From an uncultured Pseudomonadota bacterium (lineage in GTDB: Bacteria > Pseudomonadota > Alphaproteobacteria > Rs-D84): DNA of 64,000 nucleotides. Positions within the stretch are counted from its first letter, which is position 1. Each line of letters opens with the position of its first letter. Shown here piece by piece: positions 10,335-19,326 of the stretch. The notes under the pieces were generated by a model. It was not told where the DNA came from, made no database searches, and saw only the letters and a program-made list of their open reading frames with translations. The stretch spans positions 38,783 through 102,782 of the forward strand of contig CACZJK010000002.1 of the NCBI GenBank assembly GCA_902781465.1. The letters are read 5' to 3'. The translations under genes were made by a program, and so were the position numbers.

Positions 10335-10669
10335 GCCGGGTGTTCAATAAGCCGGATTCTGTACAGCCTAAAACCAGTCATAAAAACAAGTTAAAGGTTG
10401 CAAGCATAATTAATCTGCACAATGCGTTGCCGCAAAGCGTCAAGCCCTCTACCCGATTCTCGTAACGGCCAGGACAAGCCTTGAATCCTGTTTGAGGTTG
10501 CTGCACATAGAGATTGCCCGTTTCACCGTGACTTAACACGCTCGTCTCTGCTGCTCTAATCATCAGGTTGCCCTGTGTGGTTGTTAACCACTATGTTGTC
10601 CCCGCAGTCCGGACTTTCCTCTTTGTCGTGATCTGAAAGACGACAAAGCTATGCTTTTTCGCACCCAAC
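10335..10669 (-). ncRNA. rnpB: RNase P RNA (compact)
   Basis: Minus strand carries GAGGAAAGTCCGGAC (CR-I) and ACAGAATCCGGCTTA (CR-V); P1 GTTGGGTG/CACCCGGC. Confidence 0.95.
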
Positions 10670-10725
10670 GTGTGAAATAGTATCATTAAAATCTATTTTT
10701 TCAATAATTTTGTATGTTTTTTTGT

Positions 10726-10935
10726 TTATTCGCCCATTGTTTTGGCGTTGTGTAAAGTTTTTATCAGAATTTCGGCTGCGATTTCACGAATCTTTTGGGA
10801 CAAAGGTCTTATGTTCATTGCTTCGGCCACGGCATCGCCGAACTTTTGAGAAATAATGTCTATTTGGGATGGTGCAATAATAAATACATCGCTAGTTATT
10901 TCATTATGTTTTAACATTTGAACATTTTCTTTCAT
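10726..10935 (-). CDS. Small hypothetical protein
   Basis: 69-aa ORF from ATG 10935 with a G-rich RBS. Confidence 0.55.
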   Translation of the reverse strand: MKENVQMLKHNEITSDVFIIAPSQIDIISQKFGDAVAEAMNIRPLSQKIREIAAEILIKTLHNAKTMGE

Positions 10936-11156
10936 TTTTTCCCCCCACCGTTCTGATGCTTTCATATTATCATAAAAATTTCAAAATAAAAACCAATTTT
11001 TTCGCATATATCTGTCTTGGGAACTTGTTTTATAAAAAATCTTTATTATATAGATAAAGTGTCTTGACCGGGGCGTCTAAAATTGCTATAAACGTATAAA
11101 TAATTTTGGTGCTTCTGGGACTTAAAAGTCTTTGAAAGAAATGGTAAGGATGAAAT

Positions 11157-13787
11157 ATGAAAAATGTATTGAAAATGCTGTTGGGTTCGGCAAATGACAG
11201 ATTGGTAAAATCTTACGATAAAACGGTTTCTGTTATAAATGGCTTGGAAAGTAAATATGCGGCAATGTCCGATGATGAAATTCATGGATTGACGACTGTT
11301 TTTCGTGAAAGATTGGCAAATGGCGAAAAAGAAAAAGATATTTTGCCAGATGTGTTTGCCGCTGTGCGCGAGGCTGCGAAGCGTTCAATCGGATTGCGTC
11401 ATTTTGATGTTCAATTGATTGGTGGTATGGTTTTATCTAATGGTCAGATTTCAGAAATGAAAACCGGTGAAGGTAAAACATTGGTTGCTACTTTGGCTTT
11501 GTACTTAAAGGCTTTGCATGGCAAAGGCGCGCATTTGATTACTGTTAATGATTATTTGGCATCGCGTGATGCTGGTTGGATGGGCCAAGTATACAGATTT
11601 TTAGGTATGACTGTTGGAATTATTCAACACGATATGTCTGACGAAGACAGACGTGCCGCGTATAATTGTGATATTACTTATGTGACTAATTCTGAATTGG
11701 GATTTGATTATTTGCGCGATAATATGAAATTTACAAAAGAACAACAGGTTTTGCGCCCGTTCTTTTATGCTATCGTTGACGAAGTAGACAGTATTTTGAT
11801 TGACGAAGCGCGTACGCCTTTGATTATTTCAGGCCCTGCGGAAGATACCAGTGAATTATATAACAAAGTTGATGCGGTTGTTGTTCAATTGGTCGCTGAT
11901 GATTACAAAATTGATGAAAAAGACAGACATGTCACATTGACAGAAAACGGCATAGATCATGCAACGAACCTTTTGAAAGAAGCAGGTATTTTGGTTGGTG
12001 ATAATTTATATTCTTCTGAAAATGCTGTTGTTGTTATGCATTTACAGCAATCTCTTTTGGCGCATCATTTGTATGAAAAAAATGTGAATTATGTTGTGCG
12101 TAATGGCGAAGTTTTAATTGTTGATGAATTCACAGGTCGTGTTATGTCTGGTCGTCGTTTTGGTAAAGGTTTACACCAGGCGATTGAAGCCAAAGAACAT
12201 GTAGAGGTTCAACCTGAAAATCAAACAGTGTCCAGTATTTCTTATCAGAATTTGTTTAGAATGTACCCTGTTTTGGCTGGTATGACCGGAACGGCGATGA
12301 CAGAAGCCGCAGAATTCGAAGAAATTTATAAATTGCGCGTTGTTTCAATACCAACAAACAAACCTGTTGCACGTATTGATCATCATGATGAAATTTATCG
12401 TAATAAATCTGAAAAATATGATGCGATTATAAAACAGATTTCTGAATGTATGGAACGTCAACAGCCTGTATTGGTTGGAACAGTGTCTATTGAAAAGTCC
12501 GAAGAATTGGCAAAAATTGTCCAGGAAAAATTGGGTATAAAACCAGCAGTATTAAATGCTAAACACCATGAATCAGAAGCAAAAATTGTGTCCCAGGCTG
12601 GTGCGCCTGGCGCGGTTACAATTGCTACAAATATGGCTGGTCGTGGAACCGATATTAAATTGGGTGGTAATGCCGAAGATTTGATTGCTGATTTGGATGA
12701 AACGGCACCTGATTTCGAAAAAAAGAAAAAAGAAATTATTAAAACAATAGAAGCGAATAAAGAAAAAGTTTTAAAGGCCGGTGGTCTTTATGTGATAGGT
12801 ACAGAACGTCATGAATCGCGTCGTATTGATAATCAGTTGCGTGGTCGTTCTGGCCGTCAAGGCGATCCGGGAGATTCTAAGTTTTTCTTGGCGTTGGACG
12901 ATGATTTGATGCGTATATTTGGTGCGGCCAGATTGCAAAACATGTTGACAACTTTGGGATTGAAACCTGGTGAAGCAATCACACATCCTTGGATAACCAA
13001 GGCATTAGAAAAAGCCCAAAAACGTGTTGAAACCAGATATTTCGAAGCACGTAAAGAATTATTGAAATATGATAACGTTATGAACGATCAAAGAACTGTT
13101 ATATATAAACAGCGTAATGATTTAATGGGGTCTGATGATTTGAAACCATTGGTCACCGAATTAATTGGTGATGTGGTTGAAATCATTTGTGAAAAGAATA
13201 TTCCAGAGAAAGTCCACCCTTCTGTGTGGAATATTGCAGGAATTCATGACGATATGATGCGTATATTCGCTTTGGATATTACTGATATTGATAAATGGAA
13301 AACAGACGAAACAATATCAGAACGTGGTGCATATAACACATTGTTTAATTTGGCAATGCATCGTTATAACCAGCAAAATGCAAAATACGGCGACGAATTG
13401 ATGCAGACTGCACAAAGACAGATGATGTTAGGTGCTTTGGATGCAGTATGGAAACGCCACTTGCAACAGATGGATTATTTACAAGGTGCAATTGGTTTGC
13501 GTGGTTATGCCCAGAAAAATCCTTTGTATGAATACAAAAACGAGGCATTAGAATTGTTCAAGAATACAATCCAAAACTTCAAAACAATGTCTGTTGCGTA
13601 TATATGCCGTATGGAATTGACCCGCGAAGATGTTGATGCAACTGCACAACAACAGGCACAACATGATTCTGCATTGAATCAAAATACAGCATCGAACAAT
13701 ATGGCAAATATGAATATATCGCGTAACGCTTTGTGCCCGTGTGGGTCAGGTTTGAAATATAAACATTGTCATGGTAAATTGCACTAA
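11157..13787 (+). CDS. secA: Preprotein translocase ATPase SecA
   Basis: MKTGEGKT, DEVDSILIDEARTPLIISG, ATNMAGRGTDI, C-terminal CPCGSGLKYKHCHG. Confidence 0.99.
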   Translation: MKNVLKMLLGSANDRLVKSYDKTVSVINGLESKYAAMSDDEIHGLTTVFRERLANGEKEKDILPDVFAAVREAAKRSIGLRHFDVQLIGGMVLSNGQISEMKTGEGKTLVATLALYLKALHGKGAHLITVNDYLASRDAGWMGQVYRFLGMTVGIIQHDMSDEDRRAAYNCDITYVTNSELGFDYLRDNMKFTKEQQVLRPFFYAIVDEVDSILIDEARTPLIISGPAEDTSELYNKVDAVVVQLVADDYKIDEKDRHVTLTENGIDHATNLLKEAGILVGDNLYSSENAVVVMHLQQSLLAHHLYEKNVNYVVRNGEVLIVDEFTGRVMSGRRFGKGLHQAIEAKEHVEVQPENQTVSSISYQNLFRMYPVLAGMTGTAMTEAAEFEEIYKLRVVSIPTNKPVARIDHHDEIYRNKSEKYDAIIKQISECMERQQPVLVGTVSIEKSEELAKIVQEKLGIKPAVLNAKHHESEAKIVSQAGAPGAVTIATNMAGRGTDIKLGGNAEDLIADLDETAPDFEKKKKEIIKTIEANKEKVLKAGGLYVIGTERHESRRIDNQLRGRSGRQGDPGDSKFFLALDDDLMRIFGAARLQNMLTTLGLKPGEAITHPWITKALEKAQKRVETRYFEARKELLKYDNVMNDQRTVIYKQRNDLMGSDDLKPLVTELIGDVVEIICEKNIPEKVHPSVWNIAGIHDDMMRIFALDITDIDKWKTDETISERGAYNTLFNLAMHRYNQQNAKYGDELMQTAQRQMMLGALDAVWKRHLQQMDYLQGAIGLRGYAQKNPLYEYKNEALELFKNTIQNFKTMSVAYICRMELTREDVDATAQQQAQHDSALNQNTASNNMANMNISRNALCPCGSGLKYKHCHGKLH

Positions 13788-13817
13788 ATTTGGGGCGATA
13801 TAAAAGGAAGGTAAATC

Positions 13818-16800
13818 GTGTCAGATTTTGTACATTTGCGGGTTCATTCAAAAATATCTGTTGGTGCAAGCACCCTGTCTGTGGCGGCTAATAAAAAATT
13901 AGGTATATTAAAAGGTATACCGGAATTATGCCATGATAATAATATGTTTGCGTGTGCTTTGACAGATACGAATATGATGTCGGGATGTGCGGAATTTTCT
14001 GATGTTATGCCGTCCAGTAAATTACAACCAATAATAGGTGTCGAATTATCTTTGAATCATCACAGTGCCGATCCAAAAATATTGCGTCAATCTTCTTTGT
14101 CCAAGATAGTGTTATTGGCAAAACATCATGAAGGATATCTGAATTTGTGTGAACTTAGCCGTATTATGTATATGCGCCAGGAAAATCATCATTTGGGCCC
14201 TTATATAACAATGGCAGAATTAAAGGCGCATAAAGATGATTTGATTTGTTTGTCTGGCGCGCATACCGGCGCAATTGGTATGGCAATTTTAAACAATCAA
14301 AATAATACCGCATTTAATCTGGCGCAGCAATTCTTGGATATATTTGGAAATAATTTTTATATAGAAATTCAGCGTCATGGATTGGCAGACGAAATAAAAA
14401 CAGAACCTGTGTTTTTACAGATAGCACGTGATTTGAATATTCCAATTGTGGCAACTAATGATGTGTGTTTTGCGCATCCTGATGATTATGAAGCAATGGA
14501 TGCCTTGGGCTGTGTGTTGGGACAAACAAAAGTTATTGACCCAGACAGACCACGTAAATCGTCTGAACAATATTTTAAAACAAGTGAAGAAATGTCGGAA
14601 TTGTTTTCTGATTTACCAGAAGCGATTGAAAATACAGTCAATATTGCAAAAAGATGTGCTTTCTTTGTAAATGTTCATGAAAAGCCTTTGTTGCCAAAAT
14701 TCGGTGATAATTTTGAAATTGAATGTCAAATGTTGCGTGATAATACGATTAACGGCTTAACGAAACGATTAAAAGATCATAATATTACAGATACTGCGCC
14801 CTATTTCGAACAGGCAGAATTTGAATTAAAAACCATTATTGGTATGGGGTTCCCTGGATATTTCTTAATCGTTGCAGATTATATCAATTGGTGTCGTAAT
14901 AATGATATTTTGACTGGACCGGGACGTGGTTCTGGTGCGGGTTCTATTGTTGCGTGGGCATTGGGTATCACTCACGTTGACCCATTAAAGTATGGTTTGC
15001 TTTTTGAAAGATTTTTGAACCCGGATCGTATTTCAATGCCAGATTTCGACGTTGACTTTGAACCAACGGGGATTGAACGCGTTCTAGATTATGTTGGTGA
15101 AAAATATGGCCGCGATTCAGTGTGTCGAATAATTACTTTTGGTTCATTGCAGGCGCGTGGTGCAGTTCGTGATATTGGGCGTGTATACGGTATGCCTTAT
15201 TCTAAATCGGACCGGCTTTCTAAATTGATACCACAAGATGCAAAGACTTTACGTGAAGCGGTAGATTCATCACATGAAATCCAAGAAGTTTTGGAAAACG
15301 ATCCAGATATGGCAAAAGTTGTTGAAGTGGCCGAAGATTTGGAAGGATCAATTCGAAATCTGGGCCAGCACGCATGTGGCGTTGTTATCGGTGACCGTCC
15401 AACAACAAAAATTGCGCCGGTTTATCGTGATCCGGCGAACCCGTTGCCATCTTGCCAATTTGACGGACATTATTTGGAAAGTGCCGGTTTGATTAAGTTC
15501 GACTTTTTAGGATTGGAAACATTGGTTGTGTTGAAATATGCAACTAAGTTGATTCAAAAAACACATGGTGTAAATATAGATTTGGATCAAATACCAACTG
15601 ATGATGAAAAAACAATGCAGTTGTGGCAATCAGGTTTAACCGAAGGCATATTCCAATTCGATGCGCCGTTTGTTCAGCAAACATTGAAAAAAATGCACCC
15701 AACCAGTTTCTTGGAAATATCGGCATTAAATGCTTTGAATCGACCAGGGCCTATTGCGTTTATTCCACAATTTATTGCGCGTATGCATGGCGAAGAAAAA
15801 ATTGAGTATGTTCATCCAAGGGCCGAAGCCATTTTGAAAGAAAGTTATGGTATTATCGTGTACCAAGAACAGGTTATGCTTTTGACGCGTGCTTTGGCGG
15901 GATTTACACGTGGTGAATCCGATACAGTGCGCAAGGCGATGGGTAAAAAGAAAGCCGATTTGTTGGCCAAGATGGAAATTAAATTCTTGGAAGGTTGTAA
16001 AACCGAAGGCACTTTGGACGAAGCAACTGCAAAAGATTTGTGGGAAAAGTTCAAGGAATTTGCAAAGTACGCATTTAATAAATCGCATGCTATCGCCTAT
16101 TCTATCGTTGCAAATCAATGTGCGTATATAAAGGCTCATTATCCGGCAGAATTTTTGGCTGCATCTATGTCCAGTAATATGAACGATACTGACCAATTGG
16201 CAATATTTGTAGATGATGCAAAATCAAACTTTAATATTCCAATTGTTGCACCTGATATAAATGAAAGTGAATCTTTGTTCACCGTTAAAAATGGCAAGAT
16301 TATTTATGCGCTTGCAGCGATTAAAGGTGTTGGAACTGTTGCGACAGATATGATTGTTGCAGAACGCGAGGCAAATGGCAAATTTAAGAATCTGACAGAC
16401 TTTATTAAACGTTGTTCGCCGTTTATCAATAAACGTATTTTAGAAGCCTTTGCAAAAGTTGGTGTTCTTGATTCATTGGAAAAGAATCGTGCGTTGATAT
16501 TTATGAATGCAGATGCGATATTGGCATACGCGTCTAAATCACGTGAAAGTGCAAATTCTCTGTCTTTGTTTGCTAACACAACCCAAGATGATGTCAGCGA
16601 AGACAGATTGTTAAAAGATTTACCAAAAACGAAACAATGGACTTTTGCGCAAAGACTTGAAAACGAATTGTCAGCACTGGGTTTTTATATTTCCGCACAT
16701 CCTCTTGATCAATATAAACATTTGATTGCGCGTACCAACTTGACGACCAGCCAGACATTATCGGCGTTGGGCGACAGAAAACCTGTTCAAATTGCCGTCA

Positions 16801-17252
16801 ATGTTAATTCTTTTTCGCGTCGCAGAACTAAAACTGGCAAAGATATGTTAACAATAAATGCTTCGGACAGTTTTGGTAATGTCGAAGGTGTTGCATTTGG
16901 TGAAGCGTCCATTGATTTATCGCAAACATTAAACACGGAAACAGAAGTTGTTATTTCTGGTAAAACATCTGTGCGCGACGACAGAATCTCTATATTTGTG
17001 GATTCTATAACGCCTTTGAATCAATGGGTTGCAAAAATAGCAAAAACAATGACTATTGATATCAATGATAAATCTGTGTTGATGGATGTAAAAAAAGCAT
17101 TGGCTGCATTGCCAATGGGATATACACGAATTGTTTTGAATTTGCATTCTGCGGAAAAAACAGTTGCTTTGACATTGAAAAACACAGTTGAATTAGGTGC
17201 CACAACTGCGAAAGATTTGATGGCTTTGGGAACAAGGGTTACAATAGAATAA
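13818..17252 (+). CDS. dnaE: DNA polymerase III alpha subunit
   Basis: PHP domain FVHLRVHS, GPGRGSGAGS, RISMPDFDVDF, KYAFNKSHA. Confidence 0.98.
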   Translation: MSDFVHLRVHSKISVGASTLSVAANKKLGILKGIPELCHDNNMFACALTDTNMMSGCAEFSDVMPSSKLQPIIGVELSLNHHSADPKILRQSSLSKIVLLAKHHEGYLNLCELSRIMYMRQENHHLGPYITMAELKAHKDDLICLSGAHTGAIGMAILNNQNNTAFNLAQQFLDIFGNNFYIEIQRHGLADEIKTEPVFLQIARDLNIPIVATNDVCFAHPDDYEAMDALGCVLGQTKVIDPDRPRKSSEQYFKTSEEMSELFSDLPEAIENTVNIAKRCAFFVNVHEKPLLPKFGDNFEIECQMLRDNTINGLTKRLKDHNITDTAPYFEQAEFELKTIIGMGFPGYFLIVADYINWCRNNDILTGPGRGSGAGSIVAWALGITHVDPLKYGLLFERFLNPDRISMPDFDVDFEPTGIERVLDYVGEKYGRDSVCRIITFGSLQARGAVRDIGRVYGMPYSKSDRLSKLIPQDAKTLREAVDSSHEIQEVLENDPDMAKVVEVAEDLEGSIRNLGQHACGVVIGDRPTTKIAPVYRDPANPLPSCQFDGHYLESAGLIKFDFLGLETLVVLKYATKLIQKTHGVNIDLDQIPTDDEKTMQLWQSGLTEGIFQFDAPFVQQTLKKMHPTSFLEISALNALNRPGPIAFIPQFIARMHGEEKIEYVHPRAEAILKESYGIIVYQEQVMLLTRALAGFTRGESDTVRKAMGKKKADLLAKMEIKFLEGCKTEGTLDEATAKDLWEKFKEFAKYAFNKSHAIAYSIVANQCAYIKAHYPAEFLAASMSSNMNDTDQLAIFVDDAKSNFNIPIVAPDINESESLFTVKNGKIIYALAAIKGVGTVATDMIVAEREANGKFKNLTDFIKRCSPFINKRILEAFAKVGVLDSLEKNRALIFMNADAILAYASKSRESANSLSLFANTTQDDVSEDRLLKDLPKTKQWTFAQRLENELSALGFYISAHPLDQYKHLIARTNLTTSQTLSALGDRKPVQIAVNVNSFSRRRTKTGKDMLTINASDSFGNVEGVAFGEASIDLSQTLNTETEVVISGKTSVRDDRISIFVDSITPLNQWVAKIAKTMTIDINDKSVLMDVKKALAALPMGYTRIVLNLHSAEKTVALTLKNTVELGATTAKDLMALGTRVTIE

Positions 17253-18100
17253 TGAAACATATACCTGTGCTTTTGAACGATGTGTTGGAAACACTTGGTG
17301 ATATAAGTGGCCGAACGATAGTGGATTGTACTTTTGGGGCTGGTGGTTATTCACGTGCTTTTTTGGAACGTGGGGCAAATGTTATTGCTTTTGATCGTGA
17401 TACAAATGTAATTGCCGATGCAGAAAAACTTAAACAAGAATATGGAAATAAATTTCGTTTTATAAATGCGCCCTTTTCCGAAATTAAACAATTAAAATCT
17501 GATGAATTTGACGATGTAGTTTTTGATTTGGGCATTTCGTCAATGCAGATAGATAATGCGGAACGCGGTTTTTCATTTCGTTTTGATGCACCACTTGATA
17601 TGCGTATGGATACGCGTACAGATATAACAGCGGCAGATTTGATAAATAACAAGACTGTTGAAGAATTGGCAGATATATTATATGAATATGGTGATATCAA
17701 AAAATCTTATAAAATGGCGGCATTATTAAAAGAAAAACAGCCCAAAACAACTTTTGAATTGCGTGATTTGATAAAGGTTCCTGGTGATATTGCGCCGATA
17801 TTCCAGGCATTGCGTATTGCGGTAAATGATGAAATGGGGCAAATCAAAGACGCGTTGAATTCTGTTGATGAATTATTACAAACTGGCGGTCGTTGTGTTT
17901 GTGTGACTTTTCATTCTATCGAAGACAGAATAGTTAAAAATACTTTTCGTAAATGGACAGAAAACGTTGGTGATCCGCGATTGCCAACAATAATTGCGCC
18001 AAAGTATAAACTTTTGAAAACCAAAACCCCAACAGATGCGGAATTGGACATGAATTCGCGTGCGCGTTCTGCACATTTAAGGGCTGTTCAAAAGGTGTAA
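17252..18100 (+). CDS. rsmH: 16S rRNA m4C1402 methyltransferase RsmH
   Basis: HIPVLL, DCTFGAGGYS, DLGISSMQID, FQALRIAVNDE, RARSAHLR. Confidence 0.97.
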   Translation: MKHIPVLLNDVLETLGDISGRTIVDCTFGAGGYSRAFLERGANVIAFDRDTNVIADAEKLKQEYGNKFRFINAPFSEIKQLKSDEFDDVVFDLGISSMQIDNAERGFSFRFDAPLDMRMDTRTDITAADLINNKTVEELADILYEYGDIKKSYKMAALLKEKQPKTTFELRDLIKVPGDIAPIFQALRIAVNDEMGQIKDALNSVDELLQTGGRCVCVTFHSIEDRIVKNTFRKWTENVGDPRLPTIIAPKYKLLKTKTPTDAELDMNSRARSAHLRAVQKV

Positions 18101-18163
18101 ATAATACTGTTGACCTGAGATTTAGTTTTTTGTTAAAATGACGAAAGGAAAAAGGAAAAAAGG

Positions 18164-18655
18164 ATGAAAAAGTTATTATTTGGTTTATTGGCTGTGTTGG
18201 GTATCTCTGACGCTTTTGCTAATCCGGCATGTGCAGTTTGTACGGTTGCCATTGGTGCAACACTTACTATTTCCAGAAAACTGGGTGTTTGTGATAATGC
18301 GGTGGCTGTTTGGTTGGGTGCTTTTTTGGTAATTATGGGATATTGGTTAATCAAATGGTTTGATAAAAAGAATTGGCATTTTTGGGGACGTGATGTCCTT
18401 TTAATGCTTTTAACATTTTCTATGATAGCAGGATTATATATTCATCATTTGTCTTACAGTCCATGCTATTGGATAATTGATGCATTTTTGTTTTGGGCAA
18501 TTATTGGTGGGGTTGTATATGTTGTTTCTCAGAAATTATATGAATATATGAAGCGTCGCAACAATAATCACGCACACTTTCCTTTTGAAAAAGTCGTGTT
18601 GGCAATAGTGATGCTGATGATAACAAGTATGTTGGTTTCGAAATTCGCAATGTAA
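18164..18655 (+). CDS. Membrane protein with an N-terminal CxxC
   Basis: Signal-like N-terminus, CAVC, about 4-5 hydrophobic segments, HFPFEKVV. Confidence 0.75.
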   Translation: MKKLLFGLLAVLGISDAFANPACAVCTVAIGATLTISRKLGVCDNAVAVWLGAFLVIMGYWLIKWFDKKNWHFWGRDVLLMLLTFSMIAGLYIHHLSYSPCYWIIDAFLFWAIIGGVVYVVSQKLYEYMKRRNNNHAHFPFEKVVLAIVMLMITSMLVSKFAM

Positions 18656-18671
18656 ATAAAGGGACAGTATT

Positions 18672-19271
18672 ATGAAAAAAAACAGTAAAAAATTATCTAT
18701 GGAAGAAATGATAGAAAAGTTGGATGCGGCGAAAAAAGCGAATCCTCTTGATTTATCTTCGGATCAGGATTTGTCGATAGCATTGATGAATCTGGTATCT
18801 TTGGAAGAACATTTCTTTTTCAGTGGTGCCAAAACGGGCAAAGTTGGTTTTTATGATTTAATTAATACTGTTCGTACTATGCGCAAAGAACTGATGGAAC
18901 GCATTGTGAAAAAATCCAGTGGCGACGATGGCGAAGTTTGGTGTATTTCTAAACATTTGTTGGCGGCTTCTATGCGTATTTATGAAGTTGGAACAAAGGC
19001 AATTGGTGCAGGCAAGAAAAAAGAAGCATACGAAATGTTTGAAAAAGCATACGATTTATATTCCTTGTTCTGGGGCTTGAATATGCACTTGATTGATTTG
19101 GACGGTGTCCATGAATCTGTGCCAACTTTTTATGACGGGGCTTCAAAAGCATGCGCAGATAATAAAGAAGTAAAAAAAGCAGTAAAAGCACCAAAAAAAG
19201 AAGAAAAAGTTTCTGGTGTAAAAAGACTGGGACAATGGGTTAAAAACGCGGTTAATTGTTGTATAGAATAA
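18672..19271 (+). CDS. Conserved hypothetical protein (SLEEHFFF / WCISKHLL / C-terminal CC)
   Basis: 199-aa ORF with RBS, co-oriented with the upstream membrane protein. Confidence 0.75.
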   Translation: MKKNSKKLSMEEMIEKLDAAKKANPLDLSSDQDLSIALMNLVSLEEHFFFSGAKTGKVGFYDLINTVRTMRKELMERIVKKSSGDDGEVWCISKHLLAASMRIYEVGTKAIGAGKKKEAYEMFEKAYDLYSLFWGLNMHLIDLDGVHESVPTFYDGASKACADNKEVKKAVKAPKKEEKVSGVKRLGQWVKNAVNCCIE

Positions 19272-19326
19272 ATTCTTGCGTTGATATACCAAAAAATGAT
19301 AAAATGAATAAAAAGAGAGAAAAGAA

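Noticed and set aside
10378-10563. 61-aa ORF
   Set aside because: It lies within the RNase P RNA gene.
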